Positions 1 through 11,664 of a DNA stretch of 64,000 bases are shown here, one piece after another (the stretch's first letter is position 1; each line of letters starts with the position of its first letter). Under the pieces are notes generated by a model. It was not told the DNA's origin. It worked only from the letters and a program-made list of their open reading frames with translations, and ran no database searches. The position numbers and the translations under genes were made by a program. The DNA comes from Mobula hypostoma (Eukaryota): contig NC_086109.1 of assembly GCF_963921235.1 (NCBI RefSeq), forward strand, positions 1,862,001-1,926,000. The letters run 5' to 3'.

Positions 1-378
1 AGAAGACGCCGGAGAGAAGGGGTCGTAGGACTCAATCCGCAGCGGGGCCATGATTCAACGAAGCCCGGGGAGATCGAAGGAAGATCGGCAAAGGGGAAAC
101 CGTGAGCTCCAACTTGTGCACATTAGGCTGTTTGATTAAAATGGGCCCTTTCTTTGCTTTTTTCTTTACCAGCCCTTTCGTGAAATTAAGAATTATGAAG
201 CTAAATTGTTTAATTGTATGTGGTGTATTGTGTACTTCGTGGTACTGATTTGTAATAGGGCCGCATCCACACAAATAGGGTGTTTCAGGGTGGGCTTGCA
301 CCTCAATGTCACACATTTGGCTGGGGTTGGAGATTGTCTTCCCTAGACTTAAGCAGCCAACAGAACCAGAGCGTTCCA
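1..378 (+). mobile_element. 3' part of an LTR-like element (same family as 37026-38997)
   Basis: Shares blocks ACCGTGAGCTCCAA, TGTGCAC, GGTACTGATTTG and a GAGyGTTmCA-type end with the reverse complement of 37026-37500; it abuts the duplicated block starting at ~379. Confidence 0.55.
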
Positions 379-1125
379 CGTGTATACTCAAGAAATGTGT
401 GTTGAAGAAAAGACTATCGGCTTATTTACTGCGTTATGCGGGACAAAATTAAGGGGATCTTCAAAACAAGAGAAACACGAGAAAATTTGCAGATACTGGA
501 GATCCAAAGCAGCACACAAAATGCTGACAGAACTCAGCATCTATAGAAAAGAGTAAACAGTGGACGTTACGGGCCCAGTCCTCCATCAGGACTGCAAAGA
601 AGGGGTAAAGTTAAAATAAGAAAGTGGGGAGAGGCGAAAGGTGAAACTGGAAGGGGGAGGGGGAATGGGTGTAGTGAGGAAGAGCTGGGAAGGTGATTGC
701 TGAAAGACATAAAGGGCCGGAGAAGGTTCGAAACTGATGAGGATATGCAGGTTGGAAGAGAAGGTGTGAGAGGGAAACAAGAATAGGGAGTGGTGAAGGA
801 GAGGAGGAGAAGGCTATTATCGGAAGCTTAAGAAATCGATATTCATGTCATCTGGTTGAAGGCTACTCTGACAGAATATCAAAGTGTTCCTCCTCCGACG
901 TGAGCGTGGCTTCATCTTTGGCAATAGAGGGTACACTACAGAAAAAGGGGAAACTGAATCTCCATTTGTCATGTGGAAACGGATGACTAAGGTTTGAGTT
1001 CATACCCGAACAAAGTATTTAAACTAGAAAAATGAAGAAATCCAGATAAAATATACTATCAATATTGAGTCTAATGAAGTGTGACAGCTAGACCATATTA
1101 AACTGACATTAGCAGTCAGCAGTTT
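379..1125 (+). repeat. Segmental duplication, copy 1 (copy 2 = ~18402-19024 plus 22588-22760)
   Basis: Colinear similarity by eye, including unique flanks (TATACTCAAGAAATGTGTGTTGAAG; GATAAAATATACTATCAAyATTGAGTCTAATGAA). Confidence 0.85.
470..930 (-). mobile_element. Penelope-like element 3' remnant
   Basis: Minus strand of ~830-930 reads like the PLE GIY-YIG C-terminus (LYCQDEAT..LEEQHLIF.LG.LQPDGMNIDF type), followed by a pyrimidine-rich tail and the ACACAAAATGCTG terminal motif. Confidence 0.65.
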
Positions 1126-1400
1126 TATTGCAGTTGAAGAAACAAATACGTGGTGTGTTGGAAAAATGAACATGTAAGTTAACAGAGCAAATGGAAAAGT
1201 TAACTGAATAAGTGGAAAAAGAAAACTGATCAAATACAAAAACAGTATGATGGAGACAGTAAAATATCTAAAGACCAAGTCATTGCATTAACTGAAGTGA
1301 ACTGAGTGAAAATGAACAACTACAGTATGTAATAAGCCTATTTGAATTAAGGTACGTTTGATGGAGATAAAGATATGTGAAGCAGTAGCAGAAAACTGAA

Positions 1401-1418
1401 CAGCGCCCTCTAGTGGCG
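1401..1418 (-). promoter_or_regulatory. Consensus CTCF-binding motif
   Basis: Minus strand reads GCCACTAGAGGGCGCTG, matching the CTCF core CCACYAGRKGGCRS. Confidence 0.6.
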
Positions 1419-1559
1419 GTGCTGCCAGTGACGCTGCTCCTTGGGAAACACCCCTCTATGGGACAGTCCTCCAAGACGGCGCCACCATCCAAACTCCGTG
1501 CAGTTACTGGATGGACACAACATTGTCTCTCAGCGAGCCCTGGCGACTCAGGTTAGGAT

Positions 1560-2685
1560 GACTCAGGTTAGGCATGGGATCCAAGGGGACATTGCTTTGT
1601 CGATCCAGAACTGGCTTGCCCACAGAAGGCAAAGTATGGTTGTAGACGGGTGAAGTTCTGCATGGAGGTCTGTCACCAGAGGAGTGTCTCGGGGATCTGT
1701 TCTGGAACCCTTACTCTTCGTGATTTTTATAAATTAATTGGATAAGGAATTGGAGGGATGGGTTAGTAAGTTTGCTGATGACACAAAGGTTGGAGGTGTT
1801 GTGGATAGTGTGGAGGGCTGTCAGAGGTTAGAGTGGGATATTGATAGGATGCAAAACTGGGCTGAGAAGTGGCAGATAGAGTTCAACCTAGATAAGTGTG
1901 AAGTGGTTCATTTTGGTCGGTCAAATGTGATGGCAGAATATAGTATTAATGGTAAGACTCTTGGCAGTGTGGAGGATTAGAGGGATCTTGTGTCCGAGTC
2001 CATGGGACACTCAAAGCAGTTGCGCAGGTTGACTCTGTGGTTAAGAAGGCATACAGCGTATTGGCCTTCATCAATCATGGAACTGAATTTAGGAGCCGTG
2101 AGGTAATGTTGCAGCTATATAGGACCCTGGTCAGACTCCACTTGGAGTACTGTGCTCAGTTCTGGTCACCTCACTACAGGAAGGATGTGGAAGCCATAGA
2201 AAGGGTGCAGAGGAGATTTACAAGCATGTTGCCTGGATTGGGGAGCATGCCTTATGAGAATAGGTTGAGTGAACTCAGCCGTTTCTCCTCGGAGCGGCAG
2301 AGGATGAGAGGTAACGTGATTGAAGTGTATAAGATGATGAGAGGCATTGATCGTGTGGATAGTCAGAGGTTTTTTTCCTAGGGCTGAAACGGTTACCCCA
2401 AGAGGACACAGGTTTAAGGTGCCGGGGAGTATGTACAGGTGAGATGTCAGGGGTAAGTTTTTAATCAGAGAGTGGTGAGTGCGTGGAATGGGCTGCTGGC
2501 AACATTGGTGGAGGCGGATACGATAGGGTCTTTGAAGAGACTTTTGGATAGGTACATGGAGCTTAGGAAAATAGAGGGCTATGAGTAAGCCTAGTAATTT
2601 CTAAGGTAAGGACATGTTCGACACTAGTTTGTGGGCCGAAAGGCCTGCACTGTGCTGTAGGTTCTCGATGTTTCTATGTTCCTAT
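1560..2685 (+). mobile_element. CR1 LINE 3' fragment (RT C-terminus and 3' tail)
   Basis: ORFs contain SKFADDTK and LEYCAQFWSPHYRKD; TTTCTATG-type tail. Confidence 0.92.
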
Positions 2686-2711
2686 CTATCCAATTACTTA
2701 TATATTGGGTC

Positions 2712-4330
2712 CCTTAGAGCCTTTTTTTAAACAGTGGAACAACATTGGCTATCCTCCAATCCTTTGGTATCTCTCCTATCGCTGAGGGTGATTTAAATAT
2801 CTCTGCTAGACCCCTGGAGATTTCTGCACTTGGCTTCCATAGGATCCGAGGGAGCAGCTTGTCGGGTCCTGCGGATTTATCCACCCTGATTTGTTTCAGG
2901 GTGGCAAACACCTCCTGCTCTGTAATCTGTGGAGGATCCATGAAGTTGCCACTATGGCTCACTACTGTAGACTCTGTTTCCATCTCCAGCGTAAATACAG
3001 ATGCAAAGAATGCATTTCCCATCTCCCCATCTGTTCTGGCTCCACACATGGACTACCATTCATGTCTTCCAGCAAACCAATGTTGTCCCTAGCAATCCTT
3101 TTGCTCTTAACATACCTGTAGAATCCTTTAGGATTCCCCTTCACCTTGTCTGCTAGAGCAACTTCAAACCTTCTTTTAGTCTTTCTAATTTCTTTCTTAA
3201 GTCTTCCTTTGCATTTCTTGTGTTTCATGAGCACCTCATTTGTTCATACTTGCCTATGCCTGCTATATACCCCCTTTTATCACTGAAACAGGGGCTCAAG
3301 ATCTCTTGAAAACCAGAGTTCCCTACACGTGTTATCTTTAACTTTTTATTCTCACAGGCACATAAAATCTCTGTATTCTCAAAATTTCATTTTTAAAGGC
3401 CTTCTACTTTCCAAGTACACCTTTGTCAGAAACAGCCTGTCCCAAACCACACTTGCCAGATAATTTCTGATACCATCAAAATTGGCCTTTCTCCAATTTA
3501 GGATCTCAACTCACAGACCAGATCTATCTCTTTGTATCATACACAAAATGCTGGAGGAACTCAACAGGTCAGGCAGCACCTAAAGAAAACAGTACCGTCG
3601 ACCCTGAGGGTCTCGGCCTGAAATGTCAACTGTACTCTTTTCCATAGATGCCACCTGGCCGGCTAAGTTCCTCTTGCATTTTGTGGGTGTTGCTCGGATT
3701 TCCAGCATCTGCAGATTTTCTCTTGTTTGTGGTTGGACTACCTCTTTGTATATTCACTTTGAAACTAATGTCATTGTCGTCACTAGATACAAAGAGTTCC
3801 TCTGCACAAACTTCCGTCATCTGCCCTGTCTCATTTCCTAATAGCAAAATTAATATCAGCAACTCTCGTTGGGACTTCTACACACTGATGAAGGAAACTT
3901 TCCTGAACACATTTGACAAACTCTATCCCATCTCGTCCTTTTACAGTATGGGATTCCCAGCCAATCTGTGGAAAGTTAAAATCACCTACTATAACAACCT
4001 TGTGTTTCTGGCAACAGTCTGCGAGCTCTCTATAAATTTGTTCCTCTGAATCCTGTGGACTATTGGGTTGTTTGTAATTTAGCCCCACTAACGCGGTCAT
4101 TCCTTTTTGATTTTTCAGTTCGCCCATAAGGCCTCACTAGTCGAGTTCTCCAGTCAACCCTGATGGAGCTCTGCGGTGATATTCTCTCTGACTAGTAACG
4201 CCAGCCCTCCTCCTTTAATCCCTCCCACTCTGTCACATCTAAAACAACGGAACCCCGTAATATTGAGCTGCCAGTCTTGCCCCTCCTGCAATCATGTCTT
4301 CCTAATGGCTACAATGTCCTAATTACAGGT
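2712..4330 (-). mobile_element. CR1 ORF2 fragment (endonuclease to start of RT), interrupted at ~3538-3733
   Basis: VIVGDFNFP, NAFFASVFT, DKSAGPD, DWRIANVVPLFKK motifs in minus ORFs. Confidence 0.9.
3538..3733. mobile_element. Short fold-back Penelope-derived non-autonomous repeat
   Basis: Arms ACACAAAATGCTGGAGGAACT ... AGTTCCTCTTGCATTTTGTG are near-complementary; related pieces at ~11305-11398 and ~37000/39000. Confidence 0.6.
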
Positions 4331-4589
4331 GTTCCCCTGAGGGCAAGCAACATAATCCACTTGATTGTCAGGCTGAGCTCGGTCTAACCCTACATTTCCA
4401 ATGCTGTGACAGTTGCAAAAGAGACAACAACCTCAACCATTCCCTTTAAACAGACTTTGAGGTTCATGTTGGTGTGACCATAGTTTGTCTCCACACTCTT
4501 CCATAGCAGTTTGAACAGCGACTGTGCAATATGAATGAATGAAGCTGCAATGTCACTGGGTGTCCGATAATCACTCACGAGAGAAAGCG

Positions 4590-4962
4590 AGGTATCCATT
4601 GCGTCCACAGTGGTGTAACTGGTGGAACGTCCCACCACCAGAAAGACTGATCTGTCCCCCATACCCACAGTGGTCTAACTGGGATCGTCCTACCACTGGA
4701 GACAATGAGTTGTCCAGCAGGCACACAGTGTTGTAGCAATGGAATGATACCACCGCCGGTGAGAGATATCCATCAGGTCCACAGTGGTAATTGTGGGAGT
4801 GTCCCACCATCAGAGAGAATGAGCTGTTCTCCAGGTCCACCGTGATGTAACTATGGCAGTGTCCCACCACTGATGACAGTGAGATGACCATCAGGTCCAC
4901 AGTGATGTAACTATGGGAGTGTCTCACCACTGGTGAGACTGAGATGTCCATCAGGTTCACAG
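4590..4962. repeat. ~60-bp degenerate minisatellite (~6 units)
   Basis: Recurring CCATCAGGTCCACAGTGrTGTAACTATGGgAGTGTCCCACCAC. Confidence 0.85.
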
Positions 4963-5451
4963 GCCTTAGGAGATACAACCACAGTACAATCCAGTAACAA
5001 CATCACAGGGGAGCAGGGGAGGAGAGATAAATTATTGTGGGGCAGGGAGTGGAAGTGTGGGTTGGGGGATCTGTTCCTGCCCTCCTGTGCTGTGTCTTTG
5101 ACTTTGTGCGGCCTCTTCACCCAGGATTGTTGAGGCCTCACAAAAGCCCCTGATATAAAAATCAATCTTCTTCATGCAGAGAGGCCCTGCTGACCTGGGC
5201 TGTGCACTTTACCATCTCACTCTTTCAGGGTCACACCCAGGTGATCTTCCAGCCTCTACCAACAGTATTTCATTCCACAGACACCAATCATAGAGTGTAA
5301 GGAACATTGTCATCTCCACCTACTACCCCCTCCCCTCTTTCCCACCAGCATCAGTCAGAGGGAGACAGATCACCTCCCTCCATCTCCACAGCTTTCCATA
5401 TACCGACTGAGCGCAGATTCCTGCAACTAACTCAGGCTCTGCGAGTGGGTG

Positions 5452-5498
5452 ATGGGTCAGTGTGAACGGATCTTGCCTCTGTGTCTAATTCCTGTCCT
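5452..5498 (+). pseudogene. Candidate leader (signal peptide) exon of a type I membrane protein gene
   Basis: ATG...MGQCERILPLCLIPV followed by consensus donor GTGAGT at 5499; phase 2 as written, whereas phase 1 is expected for Ig-superfamily leaders. Confidence 0.45.
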
Positions 5499-5667
5499 GT
5501 GAGTGTGGGAGGACTGTGTCACCGTTTCATACTAGAGGCAGTCAGTCAGTCAGAGTGTGCTGGGGGAGAGGGGTTACTGAGGGTCTGAGTGAGGATGCTG
5601 GACTAACATCATTGAGGATACTGTCAGAGACATTGGAGGCTACAATTGGAAGGGGCGATATGGAGTG

Positions 5668-5930
5668 GAGTGATGAGGGGCTGTTTGGAGGGGATGGAGA
5701 TATTCAAGGTGAGCGGGGTGGTGGAGCAGAGTGATGTGGGGCTGTTTGGAGCGGATGAAGATATTCAAGGTGAGCGGGGTGGTGGAGCAGAGTGATGTGG
5801 GGCTGTTTGGAGCGGATGAAGATATTCAAGGTGAGCGGGGTGGTGGAGCAGAGTGATGTGGGGCTGTTTGGAGCGGATGAAGATATTCAAGGTGAGCGGG
5901 GTGGTGGAGCAGAGTGATGTGGGGCTGTTT
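5668..5930. repeat. 61-bp tandem repeat, ~4.3 near-identical copies
   Basis: TATTCAAGGTGAGCGGGG recurs at 5701, 5762, 5823 and 5884. Confidence 0.95.
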
Positions 5931-6065
5931 AGAGAGGACTGAGGCACAGTGTTGCAGTGACAGTGAGTTTTCTCTGGCCTGTGGTGGGATGGACTGGATC
6001 CATCGATTCCTTGTCACTGGGAGTGTGAGGATGGGATTAATGACAGAATCTTTTATCCTCCCCAG

Positions 6066-6236
6066 ATCCAGATCTCAGAACATCATACAATGGTTGGAAG
6101 ATTTCTGTCGTGATCCTCAGCGTGATCGTCATTGTGTTCATTCTGTATCTGGTTTGTTATAAACTCTTCAAAAAGCCACGTGAACCTCGCTCACAAGGAT
6201 ACTAGAGTAAAGGAAAGAAAGCCGGTACATCTGACG
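6066..6236 (+). pseudogene. Transmembrane exon of a type I receptor (in-frame TAG at 6203-6205)
   Basis: Acceptor TCTTTTATCCTCCCCAG, donor G|GTAGGT, 171 nt, phase 1-1. Translates (D)PDLRTSYNGWKISVVILSVIVIVFILYLVCYKLFKKPREPRSQGY*SKGKKAGTSD: hydrophobic helix plus basic stop-transfer. Confidence 0.75.
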
Positions 6237-6987
6237 GTAGGTGTCTCCCCCACCCCCAAAAAATAACCCGGCACCAGAAACTCTGGCCAGGAACAGCAGC
6301 AGGAGGGGTTGGGTCTGCAGGCAAGTGTCTCCCATTCCGACCCTGAGGACGTGGGATCCCACCTCAGGAATAAGGTTCAGGCTGGGGCAAGAGTCTGAGG
6401 TTTTGAAGGAGGAGTTGAACTGGGTGGAGGGATGTGCAGGGGAGTTGGGGGAAAGGAGTTGGCCACTGCACTCTGTCCCATCGACTCGGTGGGGACATCA
6501 GGGCTGAACAGTGGATCAGTCTGGGTTCTGGTATCCCCCCCGAGGGAGACACCAAGCACAGACTCCCTTGAAAGAGACCACAGATGCCAGCATCCCAGGA
6601 GAGAGTCCCCAGCTCACATGTAACCACTGAGGAAGACTGCAACACAAGCCACCCCCTTCACCTGGACATCTAGTACCTCGCCACAGACCCAGTTATTGGG
6701 TAATGGAGCCCAGACCCAATGCAGAGTGAGGAGGTTGGGAGTGAGTTTCCATCCCGGTGGAACTTCTGTTCTTGTTCCACAGTCCCAGTGGGGTTGGACC
6801 CTCACTCTATCGAGAGGACAAGGATTCAGGTGCAGCACAGAAGCAAAGCAAAGGAGGCATACAATATGGTGAAGTTTAATAGGAAGCTTTTAAGACCAAG
6901 CGGAGAACAATTTTAAAACCAATAAGGCAAAAAAGATTAAATATAAGGGTAAATTATCCGATAATGTAGAAGAAAATTTCAACATAT

Positions 6988-7600
6988 CTAGTAAACTGCC
7001 TGCAAGGATATTGGTTCCCCTTGGATTTGTGTGCAACCCATCCCTTTTGAACAGGTCATAGATTCCCCAGCAGAGATCCCTTTGATCCAGAAATCTGATC
7101 CCCTGCCCCCTGCACCAGTTCTCAGGTGCACAGTTCTCTGCCCAATGATCCTATTTTGTACCAAGACTTCTGGATACTGACCCTCTCCCTTTAGAATGCC
7201 ATGGACTCGATCTGAGATGTCACTGACCATGGCACCTGGGAGGCAACATATCATCCGGGTGTCTATTACGTCCACAGAATAACTTGTGTACTTTAACTAT
7301 GGAATCCTCGATCACTACTGCTACTGCAGTCTTCTCCTCCATTCCCTTCTGGGCCGTAGCTCCAGAATCTAGAGACCTGGTCATGGTGGTACCTCCCCTG
7401 CCATCCCTTCCCCCCGCTCCGGTAGGTCATCCCCCTCAACAGCATCCAACAAGGTATCATCATTATTGAGGGGAATGGCCACAGGGGTACTTTGTACTGG
7501 TTGCCCATTTCCCTGTCTTCTGACAGTCACCCAGTGACCTGCCTCCTGCAACATGGGGATTACCATCTCATTGTACCTCCTATCATCACCTCTTCAGATT
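6988..7600 (-). mobile_element. CR1 ORF1 (SGNH esterase) fragment
   Basis: TRMICCLPGAMVSDISDRV and QSTPVAIPLNN are homologous to ORF1 at 11665-12600. Confidence 0.85.
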
Positions 7601-7649
7601 TCTGGATCATTGGGATCTGCTGTGGGGAAGGATGAACTGTACAATAGGG

Positions 7650-9290
7650 TTGAATAACACCTGAACCCTAGTAGACGGTTAGCTTGACCTTGGCAATTGG
7701 GAAGGTTTTAAAATCGATTATATCAGATGAAATTTCAGGATACTTGGAAGCAGGCGATAGAACAGGGTGAAGTTCGCACAATTTTGTTCTAATTATTTGA
7801 GAACGTAACAGGGCCTCTGAGAAAGAAGGGTAAGCTCCAGCAATTTACAAGTACTTTCACAAGGTATTTGACAAAGTTACACTCATGAGGCTATTAAACA
7901 AGATAATACAAAATTTTGAAAACGATAGATAAGATAGAAGTAGGAAAGTTGTTTCCATTGGTTGGTGAGAGGAGAATTAGGGGACATTGCCTCAAGATTC
8001 AGGGGAGAAAATTTAGGGTGGAGATGAGGAGACAATGTTTTTCCCAGGGAGTGGTGAATCTGTGGAATTGTCTGCCCAGGGAAGCAGTTGAGACTTCCTC
8101 ACAAGACATATTTAAGAAACAGTTAAATAGGTTTTTACGTAGTAAGGGAATTAAGGGTTATGGGGAAAAGGCAGGTAGATGGCGATGAGTTTACAAACAG
8201 ATCAGCCATGATCTTATTGAATGGTGGGGCAGGCTCGATGGCCTGGATGACCTACTCCTGCTCCTACTTCTTATGTTCTTATGTTTTTAAGAGCCCATGG
8301 CATTGTTGGTAAGGTACATCATGGATAGAAGATTGTCTGACTGGCAGAAGTTAGAGAGAGTGGGGATAAAATGCCCTTTTTCGAACACCTGCCACAGACC
8401 AATGGAGTATCAAAGGGTTCTGGGCTGGGACGGCACCTTTTCACATTACACATGAATAGTCTCGATGAAGGAGCAGATGGCATTGTGGATATATCAGGAT
8501 CAAGATAGCTGGAGGTACAGTTGGTGTCACAGAGGCACAGAGTCAAGTCTGCTGCAGGACTTGGAGAGGCTGGGAGAATAGGCAAAGAAGACAATTTTTA
8601 GAAATGAGAGTTTGTGCACTCCGAGAGGAGGAATAAAATTGTATCCTGGAACGAAATGGACCGACAATTTGCGTTGAGTCAGTATGAAAGGAGGGAAATA
8701 CATTGTTAGTATTTAGTTTGGAAAGGGTGTGGATATAATAGCAAGAACGAACTGCTGAGGCTTTATAAGGAGTTGCTTAGACCCCGTATGGAATATTGTG
8801 AACAATCTGGGTACTGTATATAAGGAAATATGTGCTGCCTCTGGAGAGGGTCCAGATAATGTTCACAAGAATAATTACGGGAGTGGAAGTCTTCAGGTAT
8901 GAGGAGTGTTTGGCAGCTTTGGGCCTGAAAAGGATGGACTTCAGAAGGGTGATGGAAAGGATTCACTAAATCATAACAGATACTGAAATGCCTGGATGAC
9001 ATGAAGGTGCAGAGGATGTTTATGTCAGTGGGAGAGTCCAGGACACAAGGGCACAGACTCAGAATAAAGAAATGTGCTTTTGGAACTGAGGTGAGAAGGA
9101 TTTTTTTTCAGCCAGAGGCCAGGAATCTGGAATTTAAGGATGAGATTGAAAGATTTTCAATTGGTAGAGTAGTTCAGGGTTTCAGAGAAAAAGCAGGAGA
9201 ATGGGGCTGCATAAGGAACCAACCACAAATAAATGATGGAACAGGCTCAAAAAGATAAATGTCTTAAATTCCCTCTTATATTTTATGGTC
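7650..9290 (+). mobile_element. Two or more degraded CR1 3' fragments
   Basis: RGHCLKIQGRKFRVEMRRQCFSQGVVNLWN and RTQGHRLRI motifs; CR1 3' UTRs. Confidence 0.8.
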
Positions 9291-9399
9291 TTATGGATCT
9301 GCAGTAAATTGTGCTGACCACACTCCTCGATCTTGGACACCCCATTTCCTGTTCCTTTTCACCCAGATTTGGGTTTATAACTGGTGCGAAGCCCATCAC

Positions 9400-9850
9400 G
9401 CACCCAGTCACTGGGGTTACACTGTCCCCCACCCGCCTAGTCACTGGAGTACCCCCCAATACACAGTCACTGGGATTCATTATCCCCACACATCCAGTCA
9501 CCAGTGTACTCTGTCCTACACACACCCAGTCACTGGGGTACTCTGTCCTACACTCACCCAGTCACTGGGGTACACAGGCCCCACACACTCCCAGTCACTG
9601 GGGTACTCTGACCCCACACACTCATGCTCACTGGAGTACACTGTCCCCCACACATTTCCAGTCACTGGGGTACACTGTCCCCCACACACCCCGTCGCCGG
9701 GTCACAGTGTCCCCATACCCAGTCACTGGGTTACACTGTCCCCATACATGTGGTTACTGGAGTACCCTGTACCCCTCATAACTGGTTACTGGTGTACAGT
9801 GTTCCCTACACACCCACTCACCGGGATTTACTGTCCTTCACACACCCAAT
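9400..9850. repeat. ~32-bp minisatellite
   Basis: Recurring CCCAGTCACTGGGGTACACTGTCCCCACAC. Confidence 0.9.
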
Positions 9851-10150
9851 TGTGAGATGAGGTGGGGAGACTTCGACTTGTGTGGGTGTGATGTTTTGTA
9901 GGATATTGATCAGTGTGAGAGATAGAAGCAGAGCAACTAAAGTGAAGTTTATGGGACATGTCAGTGGAGATGGGAATGAGGAAGGGAGTCGGGGTGTTGT
10001 GATTTGTGACAGTGGAGGTGACATTGCAGAGGATGTGTAGGGACCAGACGAACATATCTCAGGTTGAGGGTCACTGGGAGATTCTGTGGAGGGAAGGCCA
10101 GGTATCAGTATCACAACTGGAAGCCCTCAACTCTGCTCTCTCTCCCACAG

Positions 10151-10215
10151 GCCAAGTGGAGACCCAGCCTTTGGAAGATCAAAAGAAGGAGCCTGCAACT
10201 AATGCCCCAGAATAG
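10151..10215 (+). other. Candidate cytoplasmic/terminal exon for the TM exon at 6066
   Basis: Strong acceptor CTCTGCTCTCTCTCCCACAG; phase-1 reading (G)QVETQPLEDQKKEPATNAPE* is compatible with the donor at 6237. Confidence 0.3.
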
Positions 10216-10749
10216 AACCCAGCTCACAGATACCCCCTCCATTGGGACAGCGAGTACCTCTCCAAACCCAATCACTGGGAAAAGTTGACCACAACCTCCT
10301 GGCTCCGCAAGCACAGAGGGTGTGTGTAGGGGGTGGTCCTCCCCTTTACTGGAACCCCTGCCTTTGTTCAACAATTCCAAATTGCCTTATATACTGTGGG
10401 TTCTGCAGTGACTGGTGATAACCCCACTCCTGGATCTGGGATCCTTTCTACTGCACACAGGCCCATGTCCACTACTCGTCCACCTGACTCTGCCTCCTTT
10501 TCCTCCCTACTGCTCAGATCTAACACTGCCCACCTTTCCTCCTGACTCTTATCCTCAGAATCTACAACTTTCTTGTCCTCTGTCAGTATCCTCTCCTGTG
10601 TCCCCACTCGAAATCCTGTGCCTACATCATTCCCCAGCATCCCCACACATCCCCAGGTAGTCCCCACACTCTGTCATCACAGAATGCTCCATTCATGTTC
10701 TCACCTTTTTACTCTTCTCCTAACCCACCTGGGTAAAGTCATTCAGATC

Positions 10750-11449
10750 ACAAGACATTGGTGCAGAATCAGGCTATTCAGCCCATCAAGCAGCTCCATT
10801 ATTTGATCAAGGTTGGTCCATTTCCCTCTCAATCCTATTCTTCTGCCTTCACCACAAATCTTTCATGCCCAGACTTATCAAGAATCCATCAACCTCAGCC
10901 TTAAATACACTCAATGATCTGGCCTCCAAAGCCATCAATGGTAACAAATTCCACAGATGCAACACCCTCTGGCTAAAGAAATTCCTCCTTATCTCCTTTT
11001 CAAATAGACATCTCTCTATTCTGACATTGTGACCTCTAGTCCTGTACTCTCCCACAATCAGAAACATCCTCTCCGCATCCAGACTATCTAGTACTTTCAA
11101 CATTCAATAGGTTAAAATGAGGTCCTCCCTCATTCTTCTAAATTTCAGTGAGTACTGTTCCAGAGCTATCGAATGCTGTTCATATGACAAGACTCTCAAG
11201 TCCAGAAACATTTTCTGAACCTCCTCTGAACCCCCTCCAATATCAGCACATCTTTTCATAGAGAAGTGCCTTTAGAGAATCCTGCACAAGGAATCACATG
11301 TCCCTAGGGTTTTGGCCTGAAACATCACCTGTACTTTTTCCATAGATGAGTTCCTTCGATCTCCAGCATCTGCAGAGTTACTCTTGTTTGTGGTTGTATT
11401 CCCTTTGCACTTTGCATTTATGAATTTTCTCCCCGTTTAGAAAATAGTC
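10750..11449 (-). mobile_element. Older CR1 3' part; continues at 15689-15960 beyond the younger CR1 insertion
   Basis: Minus reading VMHFGRRNK (~15690-15720) continues as DYFLNGEKI (~11420-11449); RTRGHNVRI...FFSQRV further down. Confidence 0.85.
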
Positions 11450-11664
11450 GGGACTGCGCAGGCGTGTGACGTCGGGCAGTGCAGCGCGGCAGATTTAAAA
11501 GGAACAAAGCCTCATAGAGCGGGCAGCGTAGTTTGCGGGCTGCAGAGTGAGCCGGGAGCAGAGTGAAGTCTTAAGGGCTTCGGCTCAACGGGCTTAGGCG
11601 GAAGCGGGCGAGGCGAGGAAGGTTTGACATTCATTTTCTGTTGCTATTTGAGGAGAGGGGCATT

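Noticed and set aside
4590..4962. Repeated CACAGTG heptamers as V(D)J recombination signals
   Set aside because: No ACAAAAACC-like nonamer at 12/23 bp and no adjacent V, D or J segments.
4590..5930. 60- and 61-bp tandem arrays as CRISPR-like arrays
   Set aside because: No unique spacers, no cas genes, eukaryotic context; ordinary minisatellites.
9818..10114. Ser/Pro/Thr-rich minus ORF with a hydrophobic patch as a mucin-stalk/TM exon
   Set aside because: An acceptor-like site exists at ~10084, but the hydrophobic stretch is short, there is no basic stop-transfer or clear donor, and it runs into a minisatellite.
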